From: Adineta vaga
Lineage: Eukaryota; Animalia; Rotifera
NCBI GenBank assembly: GCA_021613535.1
Contig: CP075494.1
Coordinates: 8,742,001-8,806,000 of the forward strand
Reading direction: 5' to 3'
Length of the DNA stretch: 64,000 nt
This document shows positions 59,518 to 64,000 of this stretch, one piece after another (within the stretch, counting starts at the first letter, position 1; the number at the start of each line of letters is the position of its first letter). Both the position numbers and the translations under genes were made by a program. Under the pieces are notes generated by a model. It saw nothing but the letters and a program-made list of their open reading frames with translations. It made no database searches and was not told where the DNA came from.

Positions 59518-61885
59518 CTATTCATCAATATCAAGTGTTAAATCAACTTTTTTAACATTCGCTGGAAGAAATTCTCCATCTTCATTTCGTTGATGTCCTC
59601 GTATACCACGTAAATAAACTTTTGGTTGTGGAACATTCGTATAATTGTCTCGTTTTGTTTGAATATATTGTTCTTTTGGTAGATAGACTTGTGTCGCATT
59701 TTCACGACGAAAATTACTTCCATTTGTTTGAATTGATTTCGTTAAACGTCTTCGTAAATTAGCTAATTTTATAGCTTTACGTCTCAATTCCCATTCATTC
59801 CATTCATAATCTTTGACGATATTTTTCTCATGAAAATGTGTATCTGTTTGTGTGCCACAATCAGATTTTAAATGTGGTTTTGCTGAAGACTGAGTTAAAT
59901 CACCGTAAGGTGCAACATTAGAAAAATGTGCATGTAAATCAAGTAATTGAATTAATTCCGGATGTACTTTAGCATTATTTGCAATTGCTTCAATATATGA
60001 TGAAGGTTTTCGACAAAATAAAACTGCATCTTTCGGTTCACTGAACGAATAAAACCGGTCATCGATTTGTACAATACCAATACGTGGATCACCATGAACT
60101 AATTTAAAATCATTCAAAGCTAAATGGTAGGCACAAAAGCCTAGAATGACCAAAAGAACAATTCAGTTACAAATAGATCACTAATTTCATCACTGGATGT
60201 TTTACCTTTATACATTGTTGGTAATTTATCATAATTTTTTGTTCTATCTGGATAATACCATGTTCCTTCACTTCGATCTTCTGGTTGAACAACATCACCA
60301 TTATTATTCATTTGTAAACGTTGTTGATCAGTAATAATTGAAACTTTCGATAGGTATTTCTTGATCGCTTCATCAACTAATAATTCTTTTGTATTAACCG
60401 TATATGGTTCAAGACTGTATACTAGAAAGAAAAGTGATGAATAAAGAAATACGAGAGAAATCGAATATTTGGTTTATTTACATATATTAGACAGAACACT
60501 GAGAAGAACCATTTCGTCTTGAAAACCAAACCAAATGACAGCTAAATGCATAAATTGAGGATAAACTTGAGCTGTCGGCACTCTAGATAGATATAAGATC
60601 TCAATGAATGCATAAGATTCAAAAATTGAATGTGATTTCTTAGATAATTCTAGTGATCAATCGAATCTTACTAGTAGATTTCATTCTGATTACTTACGCT
60701 GTTCTGTTTTGTATTGTTGTCTTCAATTGATCTAATCGAGTATTAAATTGTGATAATAATTCATCAACTTCCCGTGCACTTTGTCGTGCATCATTTGTTA
60801 ATGTATTTAAATAAAGTTCAAGTTGTCGAGAATTAGTCATTGCTTCTTGAATTCTATGTTTGGTCGCATCATTACTCAATTGTTTCTGTGATAAAGCTGT
60901 CATTGTATCTAATACTGCAATAAATCTTTCACTTGCATCAATGGCATCATCTGTTTGTTGTTGAATTTCTTTTAATGTAGCTGGTATTGCTTCATTTAAG
61001 ATAGCTAAATAAACATGAAAAGAAGTTCAATTTTTGAACATAACTTTGTCTTATTAATTTACCAGGTAGATTATCAATTCCTTCACCACCTTTACCACAT
61101 TCTTTATTGAATAGACGTATGCCAGTAACGATTTGTGTTAATTCAATCAATTGTCGATCTTTATCACGTTTGGAAAGATTCAGAAAATTACCTAATTCAG
61201 TTTGTGGAAATACACTTTGTAAGGCAGCGGTTGCTTCACGAACAACTGAAATGTCTTTTGAAAGGAAAAACAAAAAAAGATTGAAAGATTTGCCGCAGAG
61301 AAATCATACCAGTCGGTGAGCCAAGTCCAGATCGAAGTAATACACTTGAAACAATCTTTCGATAGAGTGATTCAAGTTCATCTTTTGTTGTTGCTCGATT
61401 ATCGGTTATTTCACGTGTAATGGGTTGTAAACGAGTTTCTATAAAACTAATCTTATTTAAAACTATAACTTTTCATTGAATTCTCTTTCTTACCAAGAAC
61501 ACGTCGATGTTCAGTTAAAAATTCTTCACGTGTTGTATAATTCATATCAAAATAAACTTGCAGTTTAATCGTATCCAATGATGCTGATTTATTATCAAGT
61601 AAACGTTTGACGCATAAATCAATAAGACGTTGAACATCTTCAGATGCCAAAACACGATCAACTTGAAAATCATTTTTTGGATCAAGTACAACAGCTTTGA
61701 CAATAAAAGCAACTAATGTTTCAGATACACCTAGATTGAATGAAAGATGAATAGTTTTTTAAGAGAGAAAAAAAGGTTACAAAAAGAAACAAACCTTCAC
61801 CACGAGATGCACATTCTTGAACTATTTCTCGAATGATATTCTTTATAACACCTTCCGCTTGTATACGATTCGCATTTCCATTCAT
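59518..61885 (-). CDS. CFAP206: Cilia- and flagella-associated protein 206
   Basis: QAEGVIKNIIREIVQEC, SLDTIKLQVYFD, AALQSVFPQTELG, GIRLFNKECGKGGEGI, QTDTHF and YEWNEWELRRKAIKLANL. Confidence 0.95.
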
Positions 61886-64000
61886 GATTCGGATTTGTCT
61901 AGAAAATATTTGACATACTTCGTTTCTTTCGTAAAACCTATTGAGGAAAAACATTTCACTTGTATTTCACATATCTATTTAGAATGTTATTTATTATTAT
62001 CTAAGGAATTTCTTTAGTCTATTTCTTGGAAATATCTAAATAAACACTTTCATACAACGATTGACTACGTCTATTTTTGATCGTTAATTATTGAATATTA
62101 TTCAAAATGTTGTGTAGACAATTTATCTGGTTTAATACCATTTGCTACTTTACATAAAATAGTGTTTCTTAGCAACTCTTCAAGCACGTTTTCTTTTGTT
62201 CATACGACTTATTTTTTTTTATATAGAATCTGAATTTGAAATTTGAAAAAACATTGCTATGCTCTTTTAATTAAATAACTTTCACTTTATGACATATTTC
62301 AGAGGTCGCTAATGATCAGTATGGACATTCTCTGTATATGTTGGTATATTATTTGTTCAAATACATGTAAAAAGAAATCTTTTTGTCTGTAGATATTGAT
62401 AATAGAAAATGATCTGCATACCACTTTTTGTTTGTTTTCTTTTTATTTGTTATTATTGTATCTTTTTTTTTGATGGAAAGATGAGATGCACGACCAAGGC
62501 AATAGTTAGTTATTGTCTTCTTTCCGTGGTGTATCATTGTAGACAAGAGTTGCCAAAGAAAAAAAAACGCAATTATATTTATCCCAATGCTAGTCTTTTC
62601 TACTGTCGCACAACAAAATTCTTTTGTCAAATGATGTTCTCGCGAGAACGACGACAGATACCCGTCATTTAGTTAGAGAAAAAAGGAAAAAGAGCGAACA
62701 AGATAGAAACATAGAGAGAACGTCATCCCAGAAATAGCATTCGTTGGTATATATCTATGTATATATGTATTCCAAGAATCTAAATCGAAATAAGATTAAG
62801 CTAGAGGACATACTGTCTTTCTAATGGAATCAAGACGATAAGGATACTATAGAGTTGGAAACGAACAACTATCTGTCACTTTTGTGCATGATCAAGTAGT
62901 TTACATTGACATGAATGTAACTAGATCTGATATATTCAAGTAAGATCTAAGTAATTCGTTAGTTATTTACTGAAAATAACTGAGAATAGAAGGAAAAAAA
63001 CACAATTCTAGTAGAAACTTGAAAATTTTCTACTTTCACTAATAACTCACAAGATAAATAGTTCCCTTGAGGTAGGTGATCGGCCGTAGAGACAGGCATA
63101 ACGAATCGATTTTTCGGGCACACTTATTTCTTTGCTGAATGCCTACGCGTACGCACACGTTACTAATGATGCTGATTGTTTCTTCGTATATATATATTCT
63201 TGTCATTTTCATGTTGAACTGTAGATTCAATGATTAGAAGTCGACTCGGTTTCTTAACTAAAGAAAAAGATGCACATTCTTTCTTCTATTATATCCGACA
63301 AGATTCGCTGTAACTCGACGATAATTATTGATTTGCTGTTTAAAACTTGAGAAGAGAAAGCAAAAAATTAATTAGTATCGATAAATACTCTTTTTTTTCT
63401 TATTGTCTTGTCACCAAGTTCTAATGTGCATATATATAAATTTCCTTTCCTATCTGTCTCTCTTTTATTCTTTTTCTTTTTTTTTCCATTAGTAATATTG
63501 CGGCTGTAGCTACTGATGTATGTGTGTATGTGTGTCTGTGTGTGCATACACGCATGCTTTTAAAAAAAAGAGAGACGACCCACACTCTTTCGCCTCCACG
63601 ACGACCACTTCCGATACAGCGCCACCGACCGAGTTCTTCGGCTAAGAGTCTGACAAATGCGCGAGTATGCAAAAAAAAAGAAGACGTAAGGAAAAATAGA
63701 TATTCGCTTTTACTATTGCTGCATATGTTTCTTTTATCGAGCACGGACGCTTAGAGAAGAGAAGAGGGAGAGAAAGAACCGTATGATGAAAGTTGTCAAC
63801 GCGTATAAGAAGAAAAAGACAGAGAGAAAAAGAGCAAAAAAGATTCTGTATACATTTGTATTGTTGTTTGTATATTGATCAAGCGATGTAAGTTTTTCTT
63901 TTCAGTTAGCTTAATTTATCAGTAATATAGAATAGAATGATATGAACCAAAAAAGAAAAACTAATCATATCGATTTAGGAACATTATATATCGAAAACAA

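Noticed and set aside
62349-64000. Short ORFs at the window end
   Set aside because: Low complexity and no motifs; probably the promoter or 5' UTR of a gene beyond the window.

Overview
AT-rich, gene-dense eukaryotic (metazoan) DNA with many very short GT-AG introns of about 45-60 nt. Intron size, a tandem DEG/ENaC pair, a CGCS-type trypsin and intronless microbial-looking enzymes suggest a bdelloid rotifer; this is inference only. About 21 genes were spliced by eye: GRIP (7 PDZ), two small genes sharing a CxxC..FL..CxxC repeat, AHCYL1/IRBIT, innexin, CARMIL, TMEM26-like, an ankyrin protein, a trypsin, an SGNH hydrolase, an orphan multi-TM protein, a secreted peptide precursor, a DEG/ENaC plus a tandem pseudogene, golgin-84, a cytokine-receptor-like protein, RNase T2, TMEM106, a GT31 glycosyltransferase, a 5'-truncated protocadherin, ZRANB2 and CFAP206. 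The main observations are: (1) an IRBIT locus with five phase-compatible alternative first exons, three of which bypass most of the Ser-rich IRBIT exon and two of which share an RVxF-like motif; (2) six single-base frameshifts confined to 30.8-54.5 kb, ending at a noisy duplicated junction, most likely assembly error; (3) a bacterial-type RNase T2 with a membrane anchor; (4) an orphan KRR-cleaved peptide precursor next to the DEG/ENaC pair; (5) a ZRANB2 with only one zinc finger. I recognised no rRNA, tRNA, CRISPR array or transposon. All family calls come from remembered motifs, not database searches.
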